Part shown: positions 44,201 through 59,900 of the stretch, one piece after another
Layout of the letters: every line of letters begins with the position of its first letter
How positions within the stretch are numbered: position 1 is the stretch's first letter
NCBI GenBank assembly: GCA_964057225.1
Contig: OZ059895.1
Coordinates: 20,894,001-20,958,000, forward strand
Origin: Auanema rhodensis
Lineage: Eukaryota; Animalia; Nematoda
Length of the DNA stretch: 64,000 bases
Reading direction: 5' to 3'
The notes under the pieces: model-generated
The model's input: the letters and a program-made list of their open reading frames with translations, nothing else
What the model was told of the DNA's origin: nothing
Databases searched by the model: none
Position numbers and translations under genes: made by a program

Positions 44201-44696
44201 TAAAGAGATGCGGTTTTCAAAATTAGATTCCCCATGTCCATATTAGTCTAAAAACAAATTTTTATTAATATTGGTGCATGGTAACCATGACTTTGAAATT
44301 TACGTGAACTTTAATTTATGCTAATTAAGTGTACACATGATGTGCACTTGGTATGTAACTCGCTTCACGTGAAAGATGAAGAGATGCGGTTTTCAAAATT
44401 AGATTCCCCATTTCCATATTAGTCTAAAAACGAATTTTTATCGATATTGGTGCATGGTAACCATGACTTTGAAATTTACGTGAACTTTAATTTATGCTAA
44501 TTAAGTGTACACATGATGTGCACTTGGTATGTAACTCGCTTCACGTGAAAGATAAAGAGATGCGGTTTTCAAAATTAGATTCCCCATGTCCATATTAGTC
44601 TAAAAACAAATTTTTATTAATATTGGTGCATGGTAACCATGACTTTGAAATTTACGTGAACTTTAATTTATGCTAATTAAGTGTACACATGATGTG
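38212..44696. repeat. 18-monomer (3168-bp) tandem duplication
   Basis: GTGAACTTGG at 38361/41529, TAAAGGAATG at 38921/42089, TATTGATATGGG at 40743/43911 and TTTCCATGTT at 40891/44059. All offsets are 3168. Confidence 0.88.
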
Positions 44697-46439
44697 CACT
44701 TGGTATGTAACTCGCTTCACGTGAAAGATGAAGAGATGCGGTTTTCAAAATTAGATTCCTCATGTCCATATTAGTCTAAAAACGAATTTTTATTGATATT
44801 GGTGCATGGTAACCATGACTTTGAAATTTACGTGAACTTTAATTTATGCTTATTAAGTGTACACGTGATGTGCACTTGGTATGTAACTCGCTTCACGTGA
44901 AAGATAAAAGGATGCGGTTTTCAAAATTAGATTCCCCATGTCCATATTAGTCTAAAAACAAATTTTTATTGATATTGGTGCATGGTAACCATGACTTTGA
45001 AATTTACGTGAACTTTAATTTATGCTAATTAAGTGTACACATGATGTGCACTTGGTATGTAACTCGCTTCACGTGAAAGATAAAAAGATGCGGTTTTCAA
45101 AATTAGATTCCCCATGTCCATATTAGTCTAAAAACAAATTTTTATTGATATTGGTGCATGGTAACCATGACTTTGAAATTTACGTGAACTTTAATTTATG
45201 CTAATTAAGTGTACACATGATGTGCACTTGGTATGTAACTCGCTTCACGTCAAAGATAAAGAGATGCGGTTTTCAAAATTAGATTCCCCATGTCCATATT
45301 AGTCTAAAAACAAATTTTTATTAATATTGGTGCATGGTAACCATGACTTTGAAATTTACGTGAACTTTAATTTATGCTAATTAAGTGTACACATGATGTG
45401 AACTTGGTATGTAACTCGCTTCACGTGAAAGATAAAGAGATGCGGTTCTCAAAATTAGATTCCTCATGTCCATATTAGTCTAAAAACGAATTTTTATCGA
45501 TATTGGTATATGGCAACCATGACTTTGAAATTTACGTGAACTTTAATTTATGCTAATTAAGTGTACACATGATGTGAACTTGGTATGTAACTCGCTTCAC
45601 GTGAAAGATGAAAAGATGCGGTTTCCAAAATTAGATTCCCCATTTCCATATTAGTCTAAAAACAAATTTTTATTGATATTGGTGCATGGCAATCATGACT
45701 TTAAAATTTACGTGAACTTTAATTTATGCTAATTAAGTGTACACATGATGTGCACTTGGTATGTAACTCGCTTCACGTCAAAGATAAAGAGATGCGGTTT
45801 TCAAAATTAGATTCCCCATGTCCATATTAGTCTAAAAACAAATTTTTATTAATATTGGTGCATGGTAACCATGACTTTGAAATTTACGTGAACTTTAATT
45901 TATGCTAATTAAGTGTACACATGATGTGCACTTGGTATGTAACTCGCTTCACGTGAAAGATGAAGAGATGCGGTTTTCAAAATTAGATTCTTCATGTCCA
46001 TATTAGTCTAAAAACAAATTTTTATTAATATTGGTGCATGGTAACCATGACTTTGAAATTTACGTGAACTTTAATTTATGCTAATTAAGTGTACACATGA
46101 TGTGCACTTGGTATGTAACTCGCTTCACGTGAAAGATGAAGAGATGCGGTTTTCAAAATTAGATTCCTCATGTCCATATTAGTCTAAAAACGAATTTTTA
46201 TTGATATTCGTGCATGGTAACCATGACTTTGAAATTTACGTGAACTTTAATTTATGCTAATTAAGTGTACACATGATGTGCACTTGGTATGTAACTCGCT
46301 TCACGTGAAAGATGAAGAGATGCGGTTTTCAAAATTAGATTCCCCATTTCCATATTAGTCTAAAAACAAATTTTTATTGATATGGGTGCATGGTAACCAT
46401 GACTTTGAAATTTACGTGAACTTTAATTTATGCTAATTA

Positions 46440-49000
46440 AGTGTACACATGATGTGCGCTTGGTATGTAACTCGCTTCACGTGAAAGATAAAGAGATGCG
46501 GTTTTCAAAATTAGATTCCCCATTTCCATATTAGTCTAAAAACAAATTTTTATTGATATTGGTGCATGGCAACCATGACTTTAAAATTTACGTGAACTTT
46601 AATTTATGCTAATTAAGTGTACACATGATGTGCACTTGGTATGTAACTCGCTTCACGTCAAAGATAAAGAGATGCGGTTTCCAAAATTAGATTCCCCATG
46701 TCCATATTAGTCTAAAAACAAATTTTTATTAATATTGGTGCATGGTAACCATGACTTTGAAATTTACGTGAACTTTAATTTATGCTAATTAAGTGTACAC
46801 ATGATGTGCACTTGGTATGTAACTCGCTTCACGTGAAAGATGAAGAGATGCGGTTTTCAAAATTAGATTCCTCATGTCCATATTAGTCTAAAAACGAATT
46901 TTTATCGATATTGGTGCATGGTAACCATGACTTTGAAATTTACGTGAACTTTAATTTATGCTAATTAAGTGTACACATGATGTGCACTTGGTATGTAACT
47001 CGCTTCACGTGAAAGATAAAGAGATGCGGTTTTCAAAATTAGATTCCCCATTTCCATGTTAGTCTAAAAACAAATTTTTATTGATATTGGTGCATGGTAA
47101 CCATGACTTTGAAATTTACGTGAACTTTAATTTATGCTAATTAAGTGTACACATGATGTGCGCTTGGTATGTAACTCGCTTCACGTGAAAGATAAAGAGA
47201 TGCGGTTTTCAAAATTAGATTCCCCATTTCCATATTAGTCTAAAAACAAATTTTTATTAATATTGGTGCATGGTAACCATGACTTTGAAATTTACGTGAA
47301 CTTTAATTTATGCTAATTAAGTGTACACATGATGTGCACTTGGTATGTAACTCGCTTCACGTGAAAGATGAAGAGATGCGGTTTTCAAAATTAGATTCCT
47401 CATGTCCATATTAGTCCAAAAACGAATTTTTATTGATATTGGTGCATGGTAACCATGACTTTGAAATTTACGTGAACTTTAATTTATGCTTATTAAGTGT
47501 ACACGTGATGTGCACTTGGTATGTAACTCGCTTCACGTGAAAGACAAAAAAGGATGCGGTTTTCAAAATTAGATTCCCCATGTCCATATTAGTCTAAAAA
47601 CAAATTTTTATTGATATTGGTGCATGGTAACCATGACTTTGAAATTTACGTGAACTTTAATTTATGCTAATTAAGTGTACACATGATGTGCACTTGGTAT
47701 GTAACTCGCTTCACGTGAAAGATAAAGAGATGCGGTTTTCAAAATTAGATTCCCCATTTCCATATTAGTCTAAAAACAAATTTTTATTGATATTGGTGCA
47801 TGGCAACCATGACTTTAAAATTTACGTGAACTTTAATTTATGCTAATTAAGTGTACACATGATGTGCACTTGGTATGTAACTCGCTTCACGTCAAAGATA
47901 AAGAGATGCGGTTTCCAAAATTAGATTCCCCATGTCCATATTAGTCTAAAAACAAATTTTTATTAATATTGGTGCATGGTAACCATGACTTTGAAATTTA
48001 CGTGAACTTTAATTTATGCTAATTAAGTGTACACATGATGTGCACTTGGTATGTAACTCGCTTCACGTGAAAGATGAAGAGATGCGGTTTTCAAAATTAG
48101 ATTCCTCATGTCCATATTAGTCTAAAAACGAATTTTTATCGATATTGGTGCATGGTAACCATGACTTTGAAATTTACGTGAACTTTAATTTATGCTAATT
48201 AAGTGTACACATGATGTGCACTTGGTATGTAACTCGCTTCACGTGAAAGATAAAGAGATGCGGTTTTCAAAATTAGATTCCCCATTTCCATGTTAGTCTA
48301 AAAACAAATTTTTATTGATATTGGTGCATGGTAACCATGACTTTGAAATTTACGTGAACTTTAATTTATGCTAATTAAGTGTACACATGATGTGCGCTTG
48401 GTATGTAACTCGCTTCACGTGAAAGATAAAGAGATGCGGTTTTCAAAATTAGATTCCCCATTTCCATATTAGTCTAAAAACAAATTTTTATTGATATTGG
48501 TGCATGGCAACCATGACTTTAAAATTTACGTGAACTTTAATTTATGCTAATTAAGTGTACACATGATGTGCACTTGGTATGTAACTCGCTTCACGTCAAA
48601 GATAAAGAGATGCGGTTTTCAAAATTAGATTCCCCATGTCCATATTAGTCTAAAAACAAATTTTTATTAATATTGGTGCATGGTAACCATGACTTTGAAA
48701 TTTACGTGAACTTTAATTTATGCTAATTAAGTGTACACATGATGTGCACTTGGTATGTAACTCGCTTCACGTGAAAGATGAAGAGATGCGGTTTTCAAAA
48801 TTAGATTCCTCATGTCCATATTAGTCTAAAAACGAATTTTTATTGATATTGGTGCATGGTAACCATGACTTTGAAATTTACGTGAACTTTAATTTATGCT
48901 TATTAAGTGTACACGTGATGTGCACTTGGTATGTAACTCGCTTCACGTGAAAGACAAAAAAGGATGCGGTTTTCAAAATTAGATTCCCCATGTCGATATT
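46440..49000. repeat. 7/8-monomer duplication carrying a 178-bp (+2) monomer
   Basis: GTTTCCAAAA at 46681/47915 (offset 1234 = 7x176+2). GACAAAAAAGGATG at 47543/48953 (offset 1410 = 8x176+2). Confidence 0.82.
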
Positions 49001-50499
49001 AGTCTAAAAACAAATTTTTATTGATATTGGTGCATGGTAACCATGACTTTGAAATTTACGTGAACTTTAATTTATGCTAATTAAGTGTACACATGATGTG
49101 CACTTGGTAAGTAACTCGCTTCACGTGAAAGATGAAAAGATGCGGTTTTCAAAATTAGATTCCCCATGTCCATATTAGTCTAAAAACAAATTTTTATTGA
49201 TATTGGTGCATGGTAACCATGACTTTGAAATTTACGTGAACTTTAATTTATGCTAATTAAGTGTACACATGATGTGCACTTGGTATGTAACTCGCTTCAC
49301 GTCAAAGATAAAGAGATGCGGTTTTCAAAATTAGATTCCCCATGTCCATATTAGTCTAAAAACAAATTTTTATTAATATTGGTGCATGGTAACCATGACT
49401 TTGAAATTTACGTGAACTTTAATTTATGCTAATTAAGTGTACACATGATGTGAACTTGGTATGTAACTCGCTTCACGTGAAAGATGAAGAGATGCGGTTT
49501 TCAAAATTAGATTCCTCATGTCCATATTAGTCTAAAAACGAATTTTTATCGATATTGGTGCATGGTAACCATGACTTTGAAATTTACGTGAACTTTAATT
49601 TATGCTAATTAAGTGTACACATGATGTGCGCTTGGTATGTAACTCGCTTCACGTGAAAGATAAAGAGATGCGGTTTTCAAAATTAGATTCCCCATTTCCA
49701 TATTAGTCTAAAAACAAATTTTTATTGATATTGGTGCATGGCAACCATGACTTTAAAATTTACGTGAACTTTAATTTATGCTAATTAAGTGTACACATGA
49801 TGTGCACTTGGTATGTAACTCGCTTCACGTCAAAGATAAAGAGATGCGGTTTTCAAAATTAGATTCCCCATGTCCATATTAGTCTAAAAACAAATTTTTA
49901 TTAATATTGGTGCATGGTAACCATGACTTTGAAATTTACGTGAACTTTAATTTATGCTAATTAAGTGTACACATGATGTGCACTTGGTATGTAACTCGCT
50001 TCACGTGAAAGATGAAGAGATGCGGTTTTCAAAATTAGATTCCTCATGTCCATATTAGTCTAAAAACGAATTTTTATTGATATTGGTGCATGGTAACCAT
50101 GACTTTGAAATTTACGTGAACTTTAATTTATGCTAATTAAGTGTACACATGATGTGCGCTTGGTATGTAACTCGCTTCACGTGAAAGATAAAGAGATGCG
50201 GTTTTCAAAATTAGATTCCCCATTTCCATATTAGTCTAAAAACAAATTTTTATTGATATTGGTGCATGGCAACCATGACTTTAAAATTTACGTGAACTTT
50301 AATTTATGCTAATTAAGTGTACACATGATGTGCACTTGGTATGTAACTCGCTTCACGTCAAAGATAAAGAGATGCGGTTTTCAAAATTAGATTCCCCATG
50401 TCCATATTAGTCTAAAAACAAATTTTTATTAATATTGGTGCATGGTAACCATGACTTTGAAATTTACGTGAACTTTAATTTATGCTAATTAAGTGTACA

Positions 50500-53400
50500 C
50501 ATGATGTGCACTTGGTATGTAACTCGCTTCACGTCAAAGATAAAGAGATGCGGTTTTCAAAATTAGATTCCCCATGTCCATATTAGTCTAAAAACAAATT
50601 TTTATTGATATTGGTGCATGGCAACCATGACTTTAAAATTTACGTGAACTTTAATTTATGCTAATTAAGTGTACACATGATGGGCACTTGGTATGTAACT
50701 CGCTTCACGTCAAAGATAAAGAGATGCGGTTTTCAAAATTAGATTCCCCATGTCCATATTAGTCTAAAAACAAATTTTTATTAATATTGGTGCATGGTAA
50801 CCATGACTTTGAAATTTACGTGAACTTTAATTTATGCTAATTAAGTGTACACATGATGTGCACTTGGTATGTAACTCGCTTCACGTCAAAGATAAAGAGA
50901 TGCGGTTTTCAAAATTAGATTCCCCATTTCCATATTAGTCTAAAAACGAATTTTTATCGATATTGGTGCATGGTAACCATGACTTTGAAATTTACGTGAA
51001 CTTTAATTTATGCTAATTAAGTGTACACATGATGTGCACTTGGTATGTAACTCGCTTCACGTGAAAGATGAAGAGATGCGGTTTTCAAAATTAGATTCCT
51101 CATGTCCATATTAGTCTAAAAACAAATTTTTATTAATATTGGTGCATGGTAACCATGATTTTGAAATTTACGTGAACTTTAATTTATGCTAATTAAGTGT
51201 ACACATGATGTGCGCTTGGTATGTAACTCGCTTCACGTGAAAGATAAAGAGATGCGGTTTTCAAAATTAGATTCCCCATTTCCATATTAGTCTAAAAACA
51301 AATTTTTATTGATATTGGTGCATGGCAACCATGACTTTAAAATTTATGTGAACTTTAATTTATGCTAATTAAGTGTACACATGATGTGCACTTGGTATGT
51401 AACTCGCTTCACGTCAAAGATAAAGAGATGCGGTTTTCAAAATTAGATTCCCCATGTCCATATTAGTCTAAAAACAAATTTTTATTAATATTGGTGCATG
51501 GTAACCATGACTTTGAAATTTACGTGAACTTTAATTTATGCTAATTAAGTGTACACATGATGTGCACTTGGTATGTAACTCGCTTCACGTCAAAGATAAA
51601 GAGATGCGGTTTTTAAAATTAGATTCCCCATGTCCATATTAGTCTAAAAACAAATTTTTATTAATATTGGTGCATGGTAACCATGACTTTGAAATTTACG
51701 TGAACTTTAATTTATGCTAATTAAGTGTACACATGATGTGCACTTGGTATGTAACTCGCTTCACGTCAAAGATAAAGAGATGCGGTTTTCAAAATTAGAT
51801 TCCCCATGTCCATATTAGTCTAAAAACAAATTTTTATTGATATTGGTGCATGGCAACCATGACTTTAAAATTTACGTGAACTTTAATTTATGCTAATTAA
51901 GTGTACACATGATGGGCACTTGGTATGTAACTCGCTTCACGTCAAAGATAAAGAGATGCGGTTTTCAAAATTAGATTCCCCATGTCCATATTAGTCTAAA
52001 AACAAATTTTTATTAATATTGGTGCATGGTAACCATGACTTTGAAATTTACGTGAACTTTAATTTATGCTAATTAAGTGTACACATGATGTGCACTTGGT
52101 ATGTAACTCGCTTCACGTCAAAGATAAAGAGATGCGGTTTTCAAAATTAGATTCCCCATTTCCATATTAGTCTAAAAACGAATTTTTATCGATATTGGTG
52201 CATGGTAACCATGACTTTGAAATTTACGTGAACTTTAATTTATGCTAATTAAGTGTACACATGATGTGCACTTGGTATGTAACTCGCTTCACGTGAAAGA
52301 TGAAGAGATGCGGTTTTCAAAATTAGATTCCTCATGTCCATATTAGTCTAAAAACAAATTTTTATTAATATTGGTGCATGGTAACCATGATTTTGAAATT
52401 TACGTGAACTTTAATTTATGCTAATTAAGTGTACACATGATGTGCGCTTGGTATGTAACTCGCTTCACGTGAAAGATAAAGAGATGCGGTTTTCAAAATT
52501 AGATTCCCCATTTCCATATTAGTCTAAAAACAAATTTTTATTGATATTGGTGCATGGCAACCATGACTTTAAAATTTATGTGAACTTTAATTTATGCTAA
52601 TTAAGTGTACACATGATGTGCACTTGGTATGTAACTCGCTTCACGTCAAAGATAAAGAGATGCGGTTTTCAAAATTAGATTCCCCATGTCCATATTAGTC
52701 TAAAAACAAATTTTTATTAATATTGGTGCATGGTAACCATGACTTTGAAATTTACGTGAACTTTAATTTATGCTAATTAAGTGTACACATGATGTGCACT
52801 TGGTATGTAACTCGCTTCACGTCAAAGATAAAGAGATGCGGTTTTTAAAATTAGATTCCCCATGTCCATATTAGTCTAAAAACAAATTTTTATTAATATT
52901 GGTGCATGGTAACCATGACTTTGAAATTTACGTGAACTTTAATTTATGCTAATTAAGTGTACACATGATGTGCACTTGGTATGTAACTCGCTTCACGTCA
53001 AAGATAAAGAGATGCGGTTTTCAAAATTAGATTCCCCATGTCCATATTAGTCTAAAAACAAATTTTTATTGATATTGGTGCATGGCAACCATGACTTTAA
53101 AATTTACGTGAACTTTAATTTATGCTAATTAAGTGTACACATGATGGGCACTTGGTATGTAACTCGCTTCACGTCAAAGATAAAGAGATGCGGTTTTCAA
53201 AATTAGATTCCCCATGTCCATATTAGTCTAAAAACAAATTTTTATTAATATTGGTGCATGGTAACCATGACTTTGAAATTTACGTGAACTTTAATTTATG
53301 CTAATTAAGTGTACACATGATGTGCACTTGGTATGTAACTCGCTTCACGTCAAAGATAAAGAGATGCGGTTTTCAAAATTAGATTCCCCATTTCCATATT

Positions 53401-56200
53401 AGTCTAAAAACGAATTTTTATCGATATTGGTGCATGGTAACCATGACTTTGAAATTTACGTGAACTTTAATTTATGCTAATTAAGTGTACACATGATGTG
53501 CACTTGGTATGTAACTCGCTTCACGTGAAAGATGAAGAGATGCGGTTTTCAAAATTAGATTCCTCATGTCCATATTAGTCTAAAAACAAATTTTTATTAA
53601 TATTGGTGCATGGTAACCATGATTTTGAAATTTACGTGAACTTTAATTTATGCTAATTAAGTGTACACAAGATGTGCGCTTGGTATGTAACTCGCTTCAC
53701 GTGAAAGATAAAGAGATGCGGTTTTCAAAATTAGATTCCCCATTTCCATATTAGTCTAAAAACAAATTTTTATTGATATTGGTGCATGGCAACCATGACT
53801 TTAAAATTTATGTGAACTTTAATTTATGCTAATTAAGTGTACACATGATGTGCACTTGGTATGTAACTCGCTTCACGTCAAAGATAAAGAGATGCGGTTT
53901 TCAAAATTAGATTCCCCATGTCCATATTAGTCTAAAAACAAATTTTTATTGATATTGGTGCATGGCAACCATGACTTTAAAATTTACGTGAACTTTAATT
54001 TATGCTAATTAAGTGTACACATGATGGGCACTTGGTATGTAACTCGCTTCACGTCAAAGATAAAGAGATGCGGTTTTCAAAATTAGATTCCCCATGTCCA
54101 TATTAGTCTAAAAACAAATTTTTATTAATATTGGTGCATGGTAACCATGACTTTGAAATTTACGTGAACTTTAATTTATGCTAATTAAGTGTACACATGA
54201 TGTGCACTTGGTATGTAACTCGCTTCACGTCAAAGATAAAGAGATGCGGTTTTCAAAATTAGATTCCCCATTTCCATATTAGTCTAAAAACGAATTTTTA
54301 TCGATATTGGTGCATGGTAACCATGACTTTGAAATTTACGTGAACTTTAATTTATGCTAATTAAGTGTACACATGATGTGCACTTGGTATGTAACTCGCT
54401 TCACGTGAAAGATGAAGAGATGCGGTTTTCAAAATTAGATTCCTCATGTCCATATTAGTCTAAAAACAAATTTTTATTAATATTGGTGCATGGTAACCAT
54501 GATTTTGAAATTTACGTGAACTTTAATTTATGCTAATTAAGTGTACACAAGATGTGCGCTTGGTATGTAACTCGCTTCACGTGAAAGATAAAGAGATGCG
54601 GTTTTCAAAATTAGATTCCCCATTTCCATATTAGTCTAAAAACAAATTTTTATTGATATTGGTGCATGGCAACCATGACTTTAAAATTTATGTGAACTTT
54701 AATTTATGCTAATTAAGTGTACACATGATGTGCACTTGGTATGTAACTCGCTTCACGTCAAAGATAAAGAGATGCGGTTTTCAAAATTAGATTCCCCATG
54801 TCCATATTAGTCTAAAAACAAATTTTCATTAATATTGGTGCATGGTAACCATGACTTTGAAATTTACGTGAACTTTAATTTATGCTAATTAAGTGTACAC
54901 ATGATGTGCACTTGGTATGTAACTCGCTTCACGTGAAAGATGAAGAGATGCGGTTTTCAAAATTAGATTCCTCATGTCCATATTAGTCTAAAAACGAATT
55001 TTTATTGATATTGGTGCATGGTAACCATGACTTTGAAATTTACGTGAACTTTAATTTATGCTAATTAAGTGTACACATGATGTGCGCTTGGTATGTAACT
55101 CGCTTCACGTGAAAGATAAAGAGATGCGGTTTTCAAAATTAGATTCCCCATTTCCATATTAGTCTAAAAACAAATTTTTATTGATATTGGTGCATGGCAA
55201 CCATGACTTTAAAATTTACGTGAACTTTAATTTATGCTAATTAAGTGTACACATGATGTGCACTTGGTATGTAACTCGCTTCACGTCAAAGATAAAGAGA
55301 TGCGGTTTTCAAAATTAGATTCCCCATGTCCATATTAGTCTAAAAACAAATTTTTATTAATATTGGTGCATGGTAACCATGACTTTGAAATTTACGTGAA
55401 CTTTAATTTATGCTAATTAAGTGTACACATGATGTGCACTTGGTATGTAACTCGCTTCACGTCAAAGATAAAGAGATGCGGTTTTCAAAATTAGATTCCC
55501 CATGTCCATATTAGTCTAAAAACAAATTTTTATTGATATTGGTGCATGGCAACCATAACTTTAAAATTTACGTGAACTTTAATTTATGCTAATTAAGTGT
55601 ACACATGATGGGCACTTGGTATGTAACTCGCTTCACGTCAAAGATAAAGAGATGCGGTTTTCAAAATTAGATTCCCCATGTCCATATTAGTCTAAAAACA
55701 AATTTTTATTAATATTGGTGCATGGTAACCATGACTTTGAAATTTACGTGAACTTTAATTTATGCTAATTAAGTGTACACATGATGTGCACTTGGTATGT
55801 AACTCGCTTCACGTCAAAGATAAAGAGATGCGGTTTTCAAAATTAGATTCCCCATTTCCATATTAGTCTAAAAACGAATTTTTATCGATATTGGTGCATG
55901 GTAACCATGACTTTGAAATTTACGTGAACTTTAATTTATGCTAATTAAGTGTACACATGATGTGCACTTGGTATGTAACTCGCTTCACGTGAAAGATGAA
56001 GAGATGCGGTTTTCAAAATTAGATTCCTCATGTCCATATTAGTCTAAAAACAAATTTTTATTAATATTGGTGCATGGTAACCATGATTTTGAAATTTACG
56101 TGAACTTTAATTTATGCTAATTAAGTGTACACATGATGTGCGCTTGGTATGTAACTCGCTTCACGTGAAAGATAAAGAGATGCGGTTTTCAAAATTAGAT
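50500..56200. repeat. 7-monomer higher-order repeat with 5- and 9-monomer variants, about 5 copies
   Basis: GATGGGCAC at 50681, 51913, 53145, 54025 and 55609 (spacings of 7, 7, 5 and 9 monomers), with linked CATGATTTT and TTTATGTGAA alleles. ACACAAGAT is shared by two adjacent copies (about 53668/54548). Confidence 0.9.
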
Positions 56201-56999
56201 TCCCCATTTCCATATTAGTCTAAAAACAAATTTTTATTGATATTGGTGCATGGCAACCATGACTTTAAAATTTACGTGAACTTTAATTTATGCTAATTAA
56301 GTGTACACATGATGTGCACTTGGTATGTAACTCGCTTCACGTCAAAGATAAAGAGATGCGGTTTTCAAAATTAGATTCCCCATGTCCATATTAGTCTAAA
56401 AACAAATTTTTATTAATATTGGTGCATGGTAACCATGACTTTGAAATTTACGTGAACTTTAATTTATGCTAATTAAGTGTACACATGATGTGAACTTGGT
56501 ATGTAACTCGCTTCACGTGAAAGATGAAGAGATGCGGTTTTCAAAATTAGATTCCTCATGTCCATATTAGTCTAAAAACGAATTTTTATCGATATTGGTG
56601 CATGGTAACCATGACTTTGAAATTTACGTGAACTTTAATTTATGCTAATTAAGTGTACACATGATGTGCGCTTGGTATGTAACTCGCTTCACGTGAAAGA
56701 TAAAGAGATGCGGTTTTCAAAATTAGATTCCCCATTTCCATATTAGTCTAAAAACAAATTTTTATTGATATTGGTGCATGGCAACCATGACTTTAAAATT
56801 TACGTGAACTTTAATTTATGCTAATTAAGTGTACACATGATGTGCACTTGGTATGTAACTCGCTTCACGTGAAAGATGAAGAGATGCGGTTTTCAAAATT
56901 AGATTCCCCATGTCCATATTAGTCTAAAAACAAATTTTTATTGATATTGGTGCATGGTAACCATGACTTTGAAATTTACGTGAACTTTAATTTATGCTA

Positions 57000-59900
57000 A
57001 TTAAGTGTACACATGATGTGCACTTGGTATGTAACTCGCTTCACGTCAAAGATAAAGAGATGCGGTTTTCAAAATTAGATTCCCCATGTCCATATTAGTC
57101 TAAAAACAAATTTTTATTAATATTGGTGCATGGTAACCATGACTTTGAAATTTACGTGAACTTTAATTTATGCTAATTAAGTGTACACATGATGTGAACT
57201 TGGTATGTAACTCGCTTCACGTGAAAGATGAAGAGATGCGGTTTTCAAAATTAGATTCCTCATGTCCATATTAGTCTAAAAACGAATTTTTATCGATATT
57301 GGTGCATGGTAACCATGACTTTGAAATTTACGTGAACTTTAATTTATGCTAATTAAGTGTACACATGATGTGCGCTTGGTATGTAACTCGCTTCACGTGA
57401 AAGATAAAGAGATGCGGTTTTCAAAATTAGATTCCCCATTTCCATATTAGTCTAAAAACAAATTTTTATTGATATTGGTGCATGGCAACCATGACTTTAA
57501 AATTTACGTGAACTTTAATTTATGCTAATTAAGTGTACACATGATGTGCACTTGGTATGTAACTCGCTTCACGTCAAAGATAAAGAGATGCGGTTTTCAA
57601 AATTAGATTCCCCATGTCCATATTAGTCTAAAAACAAATTTTTATTAATATTGGTGCATGGTAACCATGACTTTGAAATTTACGTGAACTTTAATTTATG
57701 CTAATTAAGTGTACACATGATGTGCACTTGGTATGTAACTCGCTTCACGTCAAAGATAAAGAGATGCGGTTTTCAAAATTAGATTCCCCATGTCCATATT
57801 AGTCTAAAAACAAATTTTTATTAATATTGGTGCATGGTAACCATGACTTTGAAATTTACGTGAACTTTAATTTATGCTAATTAAGTGTACACATGATGTG
57901 CACTTGGTATGTAACTCGCTTCACGTGAAAGATGAAGAGATGCGGTTTTCAAAATTAGATTCCTCATGTCCATATTAGTCTAAAAACGAATTTTTATTGA
58001 TATTGGTGCATGGTAACCATGACTTTGAAATTTACGTGAACTTTAATTTATGCTAATTAAGTGTACACATGATGTGCGCTTGGTATGTAACTCGCTTCAC
58101 GTGAAAGATAAAGAGATGCGGTTTTCAAAATTAGATTCCCCATTTCCATATTAGTCTAAAAACAAATTTTTATTGATATTGGTGCATGGCAACCATGACT
58201 TTAAAATTTACGTGAACTTTAATTTATGCTAATTAAGTGTACACATGATGTGCACTTGGTATGTAACTCGCTTCACGTCAAAGATAAAGAGATGCGGTTT
58301 TCAAAATTAGATTCCCTATGTCCATATTAGTCTAAAAACAAATTTTTATTAATATTGGTGCATGGTAACCATGACTTTGAAATTTACGTGAACTTTAATT
58401 TATGCTAATTAAGTGTACACATGATGTGCACTTGGTATGTAACTCGCTTCACGTGAAAGATGAAGAGATGCGGTTTTCAAAATTAGATTCCTCATGTCCA
58501 TATTAGTCTAAAAACAAATTTTTATTAATATTGGTGCATGGTAACCATGACTTTGAAATTTACGTGAACTTTAATTTATGCTAATTAAGTGTACACATGA
58601 TGTGCACTTGGTATGTAACTCGCTTCACGTGAAAGATGAAGAGATGCGGTTTTCAAAATTAGATTCCTCATGTCCATATTAGTCTAAAAACGAATTTTTA
58701 TTGATATTGGTGCATGGTAACCATGACTTTGAAATTTACGTGAACTTTAATTTATGCTAATTAAGTGTACACATGATGTGCACTTGGTATGTAACTCGCT
58801 TCACGTGAAAGATGAAGAGATGCGGTTTTCAAAATTAGATTCCCCATTTCCATATTAGTCTAAAAACAAATTTTTATTGATATGGGTGCATGGTAACCAT
58901 GACTTTGAAATTTACGTGAACTTTAATTTATGCTAATTAAGTGTACACATGATGTGCACTTGGTATGTAACTCGTTTCACGTCAAAGATAAAGAGATGCG
59001 GTTTTCAAAATTAGATTCCCCATGTCCATATTAGTCTAAAAACAAATTTTTATTAATATTGGTGCATGGTAACCATGACTTTGAAATTTACGTGAACTTT
59101 AATTTATGCTAATTAAGTGTACACATGATGTGCACTTGGTATGTAACTCGCTTCACGTGAAAGATGAAGAGATGCGGTTTTCAAAATTAGATTCCTCATG
59201 TCCATATTAGTCTAAAAACGAATTTTTATTGATATTGGTGCATGGTAACCATGACTTTGAAATTTACGTGAACTTTAATTTATGCTAATTAAGTGTACAC
59301 ATGATGTGCGCTTGGTATGTAACTCGCTTCACGTGAAAGATAAAGAGATGCGGTTTTCAAAATTAGATTCCCCATTTCCATATTAGTCTAAAAACAAATT
59401 TTTATTGATATTGGTGCATGGCAACCATGACTTTAAAATTTACGTGAACTTTAATTTATGCTAATTAAGTGTACACATGATGTGCACTTGGTATGTAACT
59501 CGCTTCACGTCAAAGATAAAGAGATGCGGTTTTCAAAATTAGATTCCCTATGTCCATATTAGTCTAAAAACAAATTTTTATTAATATTGGTGCATGGTAA
59601 CCATGACTTTGAAATTTACGTGAACTTTAATTTATGCTAATTAAGTGTACACATGATGTGCACTTGGTATGTAACTCGCTTCACGTCAAAGATAAAGAGA
59701 TGCGGTTTTCAAAATTAGATTCCCCATTTCCATATTAGTCTAAAAACGAATTTTTATCGATATTGGTGCATGGTAACCATGACTTTGAAATTTACGTGAA
59801 CTTTAATTTATGCTAATTAAGTGTACACATGATGTGCACTTGGTATGTAACTCGCTTCACGTGAAAGATGAAGAGATGCGGTTTTCAAAATTAGATTCCT

